This document shows, in pieces, positions 24,760-33,432 of a stretch of 33,432 bases of DNA. The translations under genes and the position numbers were made by a program. The stretch is from positions 48,835-82,266 of the forward strand of contig BTWA01000029.1 of NCBI GenBank assembly GCA_045863295.1, in the 5' to 3' direction. The stretch's first letter is position 1, and the number at the start of each line of letters is the position of its first letter. The notes below the pieces were generated by a model. The model was not told where the DNA came from. It saw nothing but the letters and a program-made list of their open reading frames with translations, and searched no databases. The stretch is from Candidatus Hydrogenedentota bacterium. GTDB lineage: Bacteria; Hydrogenedentota; Hydrogenedentia; Hydrogenedentales; SLHB01.

Positions 24760-25276
24760 CGCAATCAAAATAGTGCCAACGATCACCATACGGCGCGGGC
24801 CGCGCGGGATGGCCAAGGAATTCCGCGAGGCGCGTGAAGGCGGTATGCAGGCCATTGGTCAAATGTGGCACCGCGACATGTTGCCCGAGCACTTCACGGA
24901 CAGGGCAACGCGGCTCTACAAATACGCCGAGCGCACCGCGAAGTATAAAAAGCGCAAACAGAAAAAGTTTGGACACAAAACCCCGCTTGTATTTACCGGG
25001 CGAATGCGCGATGCGCTCATGGGGCTTGCGCAAATCCGGGCGTCATCCGAAAAAGTCCGCGTGTCCATGTCTGGCCCGCGTTGGTTGTCCGGCTTTATGT
25101 CGTTTCGCGGGCGGACCGGCACAGGCCCGGATATGAAGAAAGAGATCACGACAATCCGGCAAGACGAGGGCGAGACGCTCGCCATGGGATTGCACCGCTA
25201 CATCGTTCAACGGCTTGAAACGATGCGGCCAGAAAACAAAGTCATTTCCGGGGCCGATGGCTACCGGATCGAATAG
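24752..25276 (+). CDS. Putative tail completion/neck protein (basic, morphogenesis-type)
   Basis: Y..RK.K......PLV.TG.MR motif; synteny. Confidence 0.6.
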   Translation: MADAIKIVPTITIRRGPRGMAKEFREAREGGMQAIGQMWHRDMLPEHFTDRATRLYKYAERTAKYKKRKQKKFGHKTPLVFTGRMRDALMGLAQIRASSEKVRVSMSGPRWLSGFMSFRGRTGTGPDMKKEITTIRQDEGETLAMGLHRYIVQRLETMRPENKVISGADGYRIE

Positions 25277-25284
25277 GAGGCACC

Positions 25285-26178
25285 ATGGCAACGCGCTATG
25301 TTTTGGGCGGGATCAAGACGAACGTCGGGGAAATCGGCGGCATAACCGATGTCACGTTCGATAACGGTATACAGGCCGTGTTGAACGGGTCTGGAGGGGC
25401 TGTCGATAACACGTACGCCGCCATGCTCTATGCAGAACCTTTGCTTCGATTCACGTCTACCGACATCTTTGCGTGTCTCGGCCAGGCGGGGATCAGTGGC
25501 ACGTCATTGTCCTCGTGGATCGCCGCGTTCCAACTGGCAACCAACAAAGGCACACGGACCGGCACATGGCGCCAATTGACGGGCGCGAGCGCACTACTCG
25601 TGCCTGTATCCATTCAGGCCGCCCAGGGGCGAGAGGCCACGATTGAAATGGCGGTATACCCGATTGGCGACGCAACGAACGCGCCGGTGGGAATCAACAC
25701 GAGCGATCCAAGCGTGACCCAGGTATCGGCCAAAAAATACACGCTTGGGCCGCTTGAACTGAATACGGCGGCTATCGAAATCCAGTCGATCCGTATTGAT
25801 ATGAACTACCAGATCGAACGGCGGTCGCATTCCGGGCTTCCGTGGCCGACGCACGTCAACCTAAACATGCGTGCACCCAAAATCACATTCACGTCGATTG
25901 ACGCAGAGAAACTTGCCGCGGTATTCGGCACAAACGAAGTGGCCGAGACGATCACCGCGCTGGAAGTTTGGCTGTACAAAATGGCCGAGGGCGGCGCGGC
26001 CCGAGTGGCATTGGCAACGGAAGAGCATATCAAGTTTACGGGCACCGAAGGAATCGCGTACATGACATCCATGGGCGGATCGCGTGGCGGCGACGCGGTC
26101 TCTGAATACCAGTGCGATCTTGTCTATGACGGGTCCAATGCTGTGTTGGCGTTCGATACGACGGCGGCAATCGCGTAA
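25285..26178 (+). CDS. Putative major tail tube protein
   Basis: Strong SD AGGAGG; T/G/A-rich beta protein; precedes the chaperone and tape measure. Confidence 0.6.
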   Translation: MATRYVLGGIKTNVGEIGGITDVTFDNGIQAVLNGSGGAVDNTYAAMLYAEPLLRFTSTDIFACLGQAGISGTSLSSWIAAFQLATNKGTRTGTWRQLTGASALLVPVSIQAAQGREATIEMAVYPIGDATNAPVGINTSDPSVTQVSAKKYTLGPLELNTAAIEIQSIRIDMNYQIERRSHSGLPWPTHVNLNMRAPKITFTSIDAEKLAAVFGTNEVAETITALEVWLYKMAEGGAARVALATEEHIKFTGTEGIAYMTSMGGSRGGDAVSEYQCDLVYDGSNAVLAFDTTAAIA

Positions 26179-26918
26179 TGGGAATCCTGTACTACTTTCC
26201 AGGGCAAAAGGAATTCAACAAGGACAAGCAGTCCGAAATATACGGGCCGCTTGGACTGGCTGACGTGCTGGAAGGCACGAGTCCGAATTGCCGGATTTGC
26301 TATTCAGGTCCGGACGGCAACCAGGGCGTGGTTGTCGCGCCAACAGTACCGGGGCGCGAATCGGCAACGGTTTTGTACAAAGCCGACGCGCAAACGTGGC
26401 AGGAGTGCGCTGGGTTTTGGATCGGCTATTGGAACGAACACAAGCCCAAGGCGGCAGACCTAGCACGCAAGCAGCAGATGGACGGTTACTGGTGCACGGA
26501 CGCGCAGGGTGACCGATGGATCGCGCCTTGTATTCGCGTGATCGATGGGTCCACAAAACTGCCTGAGATTATCACGTTATCGCCAGACGGAGCGCCCGTC
26601 CGCGAAATCGCGCCCGGGTACCGCGCCGTGCATGACCGGGCCATGGAAAACATGGCCGCGCTCATGAGTGAGGAAGCGATTACGCGCGATGAACTTGAAT
26701 GGCTGCCCGATGCGGCCGACGCGATCGCGCTCAATTACCACGTCGGCAAATGGGAGTTGTCCTTGTTGCGCGTTCTCGATACGCGGTTCATTCGTGAAGT
26801 TGTCGAGGCGACGATTGATATGCCTCGTGTGCTTGCATACGCGGAAGCCCTAAAAAAAAACAGTGGCGATTTAGCCGGGACTACTTCCGAATCCAGCGAT
26901 GGGCAGCCGGGGACCTGA
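26178..26918 (+). CDS. Putative tail assembly chaperone with -1 frameshift extension to 26989
   Basis: A9C run (CTA AAA AAA AAC) at 26850-61; the -1 frame is open for 42 codons to TAA at 26987-89. Confidence 0.65.
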   Translation: MGILYYFPGQKEFNKDKQSEIYGPLGLADVLEGTSPNCRICYSGPDGNQGVVVAPTVPGRESATVLYKADAQTWQECAGFWIGYWNEHKPKAADLARKQQMDGYWCTDAQGDRWIAPCIRVIDGSTKLPEIITLSPDGAPVREIAPGYRAVHDRAMENMAALMSEEAITRDELEWLPDAADAIALNYHVGKWELSLLRVLDTRFIREVVEATIDMPRVLAYAEALKKNSGDLAGTTSESSDGQPGT

Positions 26919-26970
26919 CTGAGTATCTGCCGACAATCGGCGAACTTGTAATACGGGAAAACGAATCATT

Positions 26971-28416
26971 ATGGCCGACGTTACGCTAACCATCGACGCC
27001 AACACCGCGAAAGCCATGCGCGAGATGGCGAAGTTTGCGAACGAAATGAGCCGGATCGAGGGTGGCGTAGACAAGTTTGGCAAAAAATCCGACTGGGCAA
27101 CCAAGAAGGTCAGCGCATTTATAGGCGAACTTAAATCAATGGCCGCGGCGGCGCTCAGTGTCGGCGCATTGGTCTCGGCATTTTCCAAACTTGATGATTA
27201 CCTCTCTCGCGTTGCAGATCGTGCTGTTAAAGCACAAACCGCGCTCATGGATCTTGCGTCCATACAGGAACCGGGCAAGGCCGTAGAGGCCCGCAACACG
27301 GCCATGCAATTGGGCGCACGCATGGGCGTTGCGCCTGAAAGCGCGATGAACGTATTTCAGCTTTCGCAGTCCATGACCGGATCGATTGCGGGCGGTAAGT
27401 CGATGGCGCGGCAGGCAATGGGGTTGATGGCGCTCGGAACAGATACCGACGCAGCCATGCAAATGATGAAGCTGTCCACAGAGAAGTTTGCGAGTGGCAG
27501 GCAATTGACGCCGGAACAGGCGGCCATTCTTGCCTATACGGGCGCGAAGGAAGCACAACTCACCATCCCAGGCTTCGCGTCCGGTGCGCGTGCTATTGGA
27601 TCATTCTCAGACCAGATACAGGGCAGCGCATTTATTTCTACGCTGTCCATGTCAACCGGCATTACCGACAATCGCGAGCTTGCCACGATGGCCCGTGGCG
27701 CGACATCTGGCCTGTCCAATGAAAGCAAATTCCGAGACAGACTGATCGGGGCCGCAAAGTCCAAGGGCCTTGATTACTACCAATTGAGCGAAGAGCAAAA
27801 GCTGAGCCTTGTCGAGGGAATGCTTCCCGGCGCGACCGGGCGAACGACCATCGAAAAACTAAGCAACCTTGGGTTGCAGGATATGGAAGCGCGGCGCGGC
27901 ATGGCACCCGTGCTTGATCGCATGGGCATGTTTCGCTCGGAGATTGCGCGGCAGGAAGAAGACGTTTATTCAGGCATGACCATCGAGGACGTGCTCGCTC
28001 AGGCACGCAAAGATGATCCATCGCTTGAAAGGTCGTTTCGAGCCAATCAAGCCGCATCGCTAAATGAAGTGCTTTCTATTATGGGGCCAGACGCATTGAA
28101 GGCGAGCGAATACGAGCTTCGAAAAACACAAGTGGGCCTCGAAAGAACGGCGTCTGGTCTTGGCATACTGAATACAGACCAGGGCAAGCAGTCGCCTTGG
28201 GTGCCTAGCTTCGATGGGCCGCTGTCGCCCTACGCGACATATCCAACTGGCCCATCATTTCAAATGCCGTCAGACGCAACAATACAAGCCCGGAAAGAAG
28301 AATTGGCAGTGTCTAACAGTGATCGGCTTGCGGAAACCATAGATCGCCTCTTGGATTGGCTTGAGCAGAACAAGACAAAAGCCTACGTGCCCCCGATCAG
28401 AAATTCGAGTCCATAA
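26971..28416 (+). CDS. Tape measure protein (short, 481 aa)
   Basis: MADVTLTIDANT..A start; Ala/Gly/Met-rich helical sequence; position after the chaperone. Confidence 0.7.
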   Translation: MADVTLTIDANTAKAMREMAKFANEMSRIEGGVDKFGKKSDWATKKVSAFIGELKSMAAAALSVGALVSAFSKLDDYLSRVADRAVKAQTALMDLASIQEPGKAVEARNTAMQLGARMGVAPESAMNVFQLSQSMTGSIAGGKSMARQAMGLMALGTDTDAAMQMMKLSTEKFASGRQLTPEQAAILAYTGAKEAQLTIPGFASGARAIGSFSDQIQGSAFISTLSMSTGITDNRELATMARGATSGLSNESKFRDRLIGAAKSKGLDYYQLSEEQKLSLVEGMLPGATGRTTIEKLSNLGLQDMEARRGMAPVLDRMGMFRSEIARQEEDVYSGMTIEDVLAQARKDDPSLERSFRANQAASLNEVLSIMGPDALKASEYELRKTQVGLERTASGLGILNTDQGKQSPWVPSFDGPLSPYATYPTGPSFQMPSDATIQARKEELAVSNSDRLAETIDRLLDWLEQNKTKAYVPPIRNSSP

Positions 28417-28418
28417 CA

Positions 28419-28817
28419 ATGGCATCCATCACGAACGGCACAAGCACATTTACATTCCTCTCGCTCTCGGGCGAGTTGGTTCCGCCGCGTCTGGTTATGC
28501 AAAAGATCACGCGCCCAGGCGTTGCGGGTGTCGCGTTTCAAGCCATGCAGCACGAGGCCCCGATTACACAACACGAGACGTTCACCGGCACGACGAACGC
28601 GGCCAGCGCAGCATTGCTTGTTGCTATGTATCCGCTGTATGCCGGTCAGATTTGTTCGGTCACCGACGACCACGGCACGACGTGGCTCAACTGCATGGTG
28701 ATCGACGTGGCTGGGATCAGCCGCAAGGCCGTAGCGAACGCCGTTGGATTGACGGCAGGCGCGTACCAGGTCCGTGCGCTGTGGAGCCTGCAGCTCGTGG
28801 GGGCGAGTTATCCATGA
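28419..28817 (+). CDS. Putative distal tail/tail-tip protein
   Basis: 132 aa directly after the tape measure; RPGV.G motif; synteny. Confidence 0.5.
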   Translation: MASITNGTSTFTFLSLSGELVPPRLVMQKITRPGVAGVAFQAMQHEAPITQHETFTGTTNAASAALLVAMYPLYAGQICSVTDDHGTTWLNCMVIDVAGISRKAVANAVGLTAGAYQVRALWSLQLVGASYP

Positions 28818-29350
28818 TCGGCCAACTCACACGCATACAGATCGCGCCTACAGTTTGGATCGTATCGTTCGACGACGATCTGCCGGGCCCGTTCTATTGG
28901 TACGCGGGAGAAACGCTTGTCGAGGTCAGTAACCGTAAGTCCAGGCAATTCCAGGTCTCCCAAGGACAAACGCTTGTCGTGTCCGTTTTCGACGATCCCG
29001 GCGATCTACCGGGCGAAAACTACCCGTCCGCACTCGTGCTGGATTGGCAGTATTCGACGCGCCAAAACACGAGCACGCTTGAAGTCATCAAATACCGACT
29101 TGAGGAGTGGGTTACAGATGAATGGGTCACACGCGGGACAGTGCTCGCCGACGTGCAAGTACCGTACTACACATACGAGACGCCGCCGCTGGCCGATGGC
29201 GAAACGCATCTGTGGCGAATTGTGCCGGTTGGCGAGGGCGACATTGACGGCACACCGGCACAGATCGAAGTAGACATGGTTTGTTCGCCCGCTATTCCCG
29301 GCGCGGCGTTTGAATTTGAGGCGACGGCAATAACCCTTGTGGCGGCGTAG
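28814..29350 (+). CDS. Tail-associated protein with Ig/FN3-like character
   Basis: ATGA overlap; L.W...Y.LE...W...TPPL.DG..H.WRIVPV...G pattern. Confidence 0.6.
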   Translation: MIGQLTRIQIAPTVWIVSFDDDLPGPFYWYAGETLVEVSNRKSRQFQVSQGQTLVVSVFDDPGDLPGENYPSALVLDWQYSTRQNTSTLEVIKYRLEEWVTDEWVTRGTVLADVQVPYYTYETPPLADGETHLWRIVPVGEGDIDGTPAQIEVDMVCSPAIPGAAFEFEATAITLVAA

Positions 29351-29352
29351 AA

Positions 29353-31332
29353 ATGGCCGAACGATATACAGGAGCGGACGCAGTGCAAGCGTATCTGACG
29401 GGCGCAACCGCGACGAACGCGGGACAGCCGAGACACCGCCTATCCTTGGGCGGCTATCGGTCATCCGTGCGCGTTCCGGGCGTGTCGTTCCGTCGATTGG
29501 GCGCAATGCCTAACCTTGAGATATTGCACGCATCCGGCCTGTGCGGGCGCGGCGTCGGTTCGCTCGTAGCCATCGAGGACAACGTGCTTGCATGGTATCC
29601 GCCCGGCGCAACCGATCCCGGCGCATCGGTGAGTATCGGTGTGGGCGAAATCAAACTGCTACACGGGCCGGCGGGGCACCGCGACAAGACGCTACTTGTT
29701 CGACGTTCGTATCCCGGCGCAATCCGTGGATCTGAGTACATCCAAACGTTCTACGCCTACAACAACGTGTGGGCTGGAACGAACTTCACGGCGGATGGCA
29801 ACAAGTACTCGTCGGTCATCCTGAAAAACCTGGCATCAGGACAGGTCACGAGTTTCAAGGTGTGGATTGACCCGGAATTCTATACGGACATTCAGATCGC
29901 ATCGGAGGCGTTAACCGCAGACGCGATTCAAACGATTGCCAGCGAAACGACGGCACCGACGGGTCTGTCTTGGGTGGCGCCGACTACGCAGGGCGCGGGC
30001 CTTGATATGGGCACGCTCAACACGGGCGACGCTGTAGGGTTATGGATCGAACGCGAGGTCGATGCGGGGTACGCCGCGAGCGGACGTGAGACCGTGCGGC
30101 TTTTGTATGCCTACACCTTGGGCGGCACGGAATACACTGGCGCATTCCCTGGCCTGTTTCGTATCGGCGATTCGGCTATCGAGGGATACGTTATCTGGAT
30201 ATCCGAGAGCGGCGACCCGGATATGAGCGCGGCCCCGGATGAATTCAGCACGACCCTGGACTACGAACTGACCTATACGCCGCCAACAGACGGCACGGTT
30301 TATCTTCGGGCCGCATACCGTAACGCGCATGGGATTATAGGGGCACCGCTTGACCTTGCACAGCGCACGTATGCGAGTGGCGAGTTGCTATTGCAGCCGC
30401 CCGCTGGCCCGATGAATGCCGGATACATAGCGACCGCCGAAGGCAAGTTTTTGATCTACGCCAACTACTTGCGCGAACTCGACAACAGCCCGAACAAGGC
30501 CACCGGCTATCGTATATATGCCAGGTACGACGGCACCGATCCAGACCCCGCGACTGACAGCCCGGTAGACGAGGGTGATATCTCCGAATTCACGAACGTG
30601 CTGATCGAATACACGACCGAAGTCTCGCAACTCGAAGACACGCCCGCGCGGTTTCTCGTGACGATGAAACACGATTTGTATGAGGACGAAGTGCTCATTG
30701 AAACGGCGGAATCCGAAAACCGCACGGCAATCGGCGGCACCGCGAAATGGTGGGGGCCGTTGCGCCCGCCCGTGCTTGCGACATACGGGGCACGAGACGC
30801 GCAGCACATCGAACCGGAAGCCGGACCGGACGGCACGGTCACATGGATCGATCAACCGAACAACGTTTACTGGGAATCGTATCCCGGCCAGTTGCGGTTG
30901 TGGGCCGGCACGACACTTTGCTTTAACCTTCGCTGGTTTGACGGGGCACCCGAACTGTCTGGCTTGTTCACCACATTCGGCTACAAGAAAGTCGATGTCA
31001 GCGGTTCGATGGCCGCGACCGATGAACCCGTTGAAATTCTTTCATGGACCGGCGGCGACAAACGGATCGGCTTTGGCGTGAACGGCGACCGGCTGATGGT
31101 CGTGGACGTGACGAATCAGCGGATCGAATTCAGCGGTTTGAATAAAGTCACCGCACCCGAAACAACCCGCGCCAATGTGCCCGTGTGGCCGAAGTATGCG
31201 GCGACGTGTTTTCAGGTCTGGGACGATTCTGTGAGTGACTACAAAACAATCATGAGCCTGATGACCGATGGCTCGTTACGAACACTGGTCGGCCTGGCGA
31301 AAAAGGCCACCGAAGCGGAGTGTCTGATATGA
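29353..31332 (+). CDS. Large tail/baseplate structural protein
   Basis: 659 aa; SLGGY.SS and G.LN.GD..GLWI.R motifs; beta-rich domains. Confidence 0.65.
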   Translation: MAERYTGADAVQAYLTGATATNAGQPRHRLSLGGYRSSVRVPGVSFRRLGAMPNLEILHASGLCGRGVGSLVAIEDNVLAWYPPGATDPGASVSIGVGEIKLLHGPAGHRDKTLLVRRSYPGAIRGSEYIQTFYAYNNVWAGTNFTADGNKYSSVILKNLASGQVTSFKVWIDPEFYTDIQIASEALTADAIQTIASETTAPTGLSWVAPTTQGAGLDMGTLNTGDAVGLWIEREVDAGYAASGRETVRLLYAYTLGGTEYTGAFPGLFRIGDSAIEGYVIWISESGDPDMSAAPDEFSTTLDYELTYTPPTDGTVYLRAAYRNAHGIIGAPLDLAQRTYASGELLLQPPAGPMNAGYIATAEGKFLIYANYLRELDNSPNKATGYRIYARYDGTDPDPATDSPVDEGDISEFTNVLIEYTTEVSQLEDTPARFLVTMKHDLYEDEVLIETAESENRTAIGGTAKWWGPLRPPVLATYGARDAQHIEPEAGPDGTVTWIDQPNNVYWESYPGQLRLWAGTTLCFNLRWFDGAPELSGLFTTFGYKKVDVSGSMAATDEPVEILSWTGGDKRIGFGVNGDRLMVVDVTNQRIEFSGLNKVTAPETTRANVPVWPKYAATCFQVWDDSVSDYKTIMSLMTDGSLRTLVGLAKKATEAECLI

Positions 31333-33398
31333 AGCGTGTGATGCGTGTGTTGAAATGGATTGGCGTTGCGCTGGGCTGCGTGGTCTACGTGGCGCTGTTG
31401 AATACGAGCGAGATTGTGGCGCAGACGGATTATACGTTTTGGGCGCCGGATGATGATAAGGGGATGTATGGGGATGGGGATGGATCGAGTGGTGATTTTG
31501 CGTGGTGGTTTAACTCGGGGGATGGGGAGTTCGAGTTAATCGACGGGGATGAGAATCCGGCGATCGAGGTCACTGATAATGGAACGACGTTTGACGTCAA
31601 TATCAATGGCGAAGTGACGACGGATGGTTTTGATAGTGGGGATCCGTATGCGGATTTGGCGGTTGGTTTGGATGGTGATTCGGGGACGGCGGAGTCGGTA
31701 GTTGATGGGGATACGATTTGGATTGTGGGCGGGGGTGGTCTGGCGACGGCGGTGAGCGCTTCGGACACGATTACGGTGACGTTGCCGGATGGGGCGGTGA
31801 CGAGTGCGAAGATTTTGGATGGCACGATTGTTGTCGGTGATATTGCCGATGGGGCGGTGACGACGGCGAAGATTTTGGATGGGACGATTCTGGTTGGGGA
31901 TTTGGCTGATGGGGCGGTGACGACGGCGAAGATTGCGGATGGGACGATTGCGGGAAGTGATATTTCGAGTTCGGCCGCGTTGAGCGTGGCGAGTGTGGCG
32001 ACGAGTGGCAATGCGACGATTGGCGGCACGTTGGGCGTGACTGGGTTGTCGACGATTGCCGGACTGACTGCCTCGGGGCGCATTGCTGCGGGTGGAGCGG
32101 CGGCAGATTCGGACTGGGTGTTTCGGGGCGCGGGGTCGATGTTGGTCTATAAAGGGGCGGCCGTCGACTACACATTAACCACGACGGACATTGGCGCGTT
32201 TTCCGATTCTACTGACTCCCGATTCATTCAAGGTCAATCGACCAGCCATTATGGGCTTTTGCGTTGGGTCTACAATGCAACTCCTGCCAGCGCGTATTAC
32301 GAGCTTATTACCAATTCCAATCAGATGATCTATCTGGGCAAGGATTCGAGTGGCCACGTGACCGCGCGCGGCAATTTTATAGTGAACGGCACGAGCACGC
32401 TGACAGGCAACGTAGATTCCGTGGGGTCGGTGGCTGGATTTAAAACGTGGAAACTCGTGAACACGAATACCGGCACGGGGTCCGGCGCCTACCTGCAAAT
32501 CGGAAACGTCGACAACGCGAGCGATTCGTTGCTGCTCATTACGCGATCGACGGGTTACACCACGTCAGGGGCCGCGAAGCAGGATGGGGCGGACGTTTGG
32601 GCCGATGCCAATTTGAGCGGAGGGTTGTCGCTCGCGGCGCGTCATACGTCGGGCGATTTGCGCGGCTACGCCGGTGGCGTTGCAGACGGGGATTTAGTGT
32701 GGACGGCGCACGATAACCAGTTATGGGAGGTCGAGGGCGCGCAGCGGTGGGGCACGAACAACGTTGATGCGGTCGATTCGGTCGGCAATCTGGTGCTGGG
32801 CACAGCCGGCGCGTTCGATACTGCGGACGCGGCGGCGGGGCAGTCACTGATATTCGGCGGAGTCACAGGCGTTACGTGGGGATATCGGTTGGCGAAGGGT
32901 TCGTGGCAGGCGAATGAGTTTTTGCCTGTGACGGGGGCTGCTGCGACGGGGCCGACGGTGTTTGTGACGGGCACGCACGCGCGGCCGTATGTTGCGTATG
33001 AATTCGATCCGGACACGGACCAATCCATATTTATTCAGGTGCATGTGCCGGGAACGTATGTTGCTGGACAGAATTGGGATTGTGGATTTGATTGGGCGAC
33101 GTCGGGGACGTCCGGCAATTGTCGGTGGGATTTTAAGGTTTGGCCCACTGGTGACTCCGAGGCGACTGATAGCGCGGCGGCGGAGACGGTGAGTGTGACG
33201 GCGGCGGTGGATGCAACGTCGCTGGACCTGGATACGAAAAGCGGGGTGACGTTTACGGGGAGCAATATCGCTGCGGATGATTGGTTGACGATTCAGGTTA
33301 CGCGCGACGCGAATCATATGTCGGACGATACGTTGACGGCGAGTGCGCGGTTTGCGCAGTTTTTTGTGAGCTTCCCTGTGAAGCATGGGTACAACTAA
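31329..33398 (+). CDS. Fibre/adhesin-like protein with N-terminal signal peptide-like segment
   Basis: ATGA overlap start; MKRVMRVLK-hydrophobic-EIVA/Q; DGAVTTAKI repeats; beta-rich shaft and C-terminal globular domain. Confidence 0.75.
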   Translation: MKRVMRVLKWIGVALGCVVYVALLNTSEIVAQTDYTFWAPDDDKGMYGDGDGSSGDFAWWFNSGDGEFELIDGDENPAIEVTDNGTTFDVNINGEVTTDGFDSGDPYADLAVGLDGDSGTAESVVDGDTIWIVGGGGLATAVSASDTITVTLPDGAVTSAKILDGTIVVGDIADGAVTTAKILDGTILVGDLADGAVTTAKIADGTIAGSDISSSAALSVASVATSGNATIGGTLGVTGLSTIAGLTASGRIAAGGAAADSDWVFRGAGSMLVYKGAAVDYTLTTTDIGAFSDSTDSRFIQGQSTSHYGLLRWVYNATPASAYYELITNSNQMIYLGKDSSGHVTARGNFIVNGTSTLTGNVDSVGSVAGFKTWKLVNTNTGTGSGAYLQIGNVDNASDSLLLITRSTGYTTSGAAKQDGADVWADANLSGGLSLAARHTSGDLRGYAGGVADGDLVWTAHDNQLWEVEGAQRWGTNNVDAVDSVGNLVLGTAGAFDTADAAAGQSLIFGGVTGVTWGYRLAKGSWQANEFLPVTGAAATGPTVFVTGTHARPYVAYEFDPDTDQSIFIQVHVPGTYVAGQNWDCGFDWATSGTSGNCRWDFKVWPTGDSEATDSAAAETVSVTAAVDATSLDLDTKSGVTFTGSNIAADDWLTIQVTRDANHMSDDTLTASARFAQFFVSFPVKHGYN
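31788..31964 (+). repeat. 60-bp in-frame tandem repeat x3 (DGAVT[ST]AKI[LA]DGTIxxxD[IL]A)
   Basis: GATGGGGCGGTGACGA starts at 31788, 31848 and 31908. Confidence 0.9.
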
Positions 33399-33432
33399 TG
33401 CGCTATCCCCTGCACATACTCGCGATTGTCGC
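33398..33432 (+). CDS. Start of next gene (3'-truncated), hydrophobic N-terminus MRYPLHILAIV
   Basis: TAATG overlap with the previous stop. Confidence 0.45.
   Translation, partial: MRYPLHILAIV

Noticed and set aside
321..33386. Numerous long minus-strand ORFs (e.g. 1266..2459, 13431..14369, 22841..23629)
   Set aside because: They are antisense shadows of well-supported + strand genes in GC-rich DNA and carry no recognisable motifs.
29353..33432. Diversity-generating retroelement acting on tail fibres
   Set aside because: No reverse transcriptase and no TR/VR pair differing at adenines is visible in the window.

Overview
This window is a single-strand (+) block of a tailed dsDNA phage or prophage with lambda-type packaging and probably a non-contractile tail. 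About 1-14.7 kb is an early module: YqaJ exonuclease, RecT-like annealase, an orphan Rad50/SbcC-like ATPase, a Dam-type methylase, DUF1643, an MmcB-like nuclease, a Lar-like protein, a putative replication initiator, RusA, an RNase H-fold exonuclease and DUF5131. A non-coding region at 14.73-15.11 kb carries a lambda-like cosQ/cosN and four 29-bp palindromes. The morphogenesis operon follows: Nu1-like TerS, gpA TerL, lambda-type portal, S49 protease with a nested scaffold, decoration protein, major capsid, neck/tail genes, a tail chaperone with a -1 slippery site, a short tape measure, tail-tip proteins and a signal-peptide-bearing fibre. The most notable unexplained structures are (i) a three-copy intergenic H-type pseudoknot motif with an invariant GUGGCCCCG loop and covarying stems, (ii) complementary arms bracketing the major capsid gene, and (iii) a promoter/small-ORF/terminator unit inside the head cluster. 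No integrase, repressor, lysis, tRNA or CRISPR features were recognised. All product calls come from motif recognition and synteny by eye; no database searches were run.
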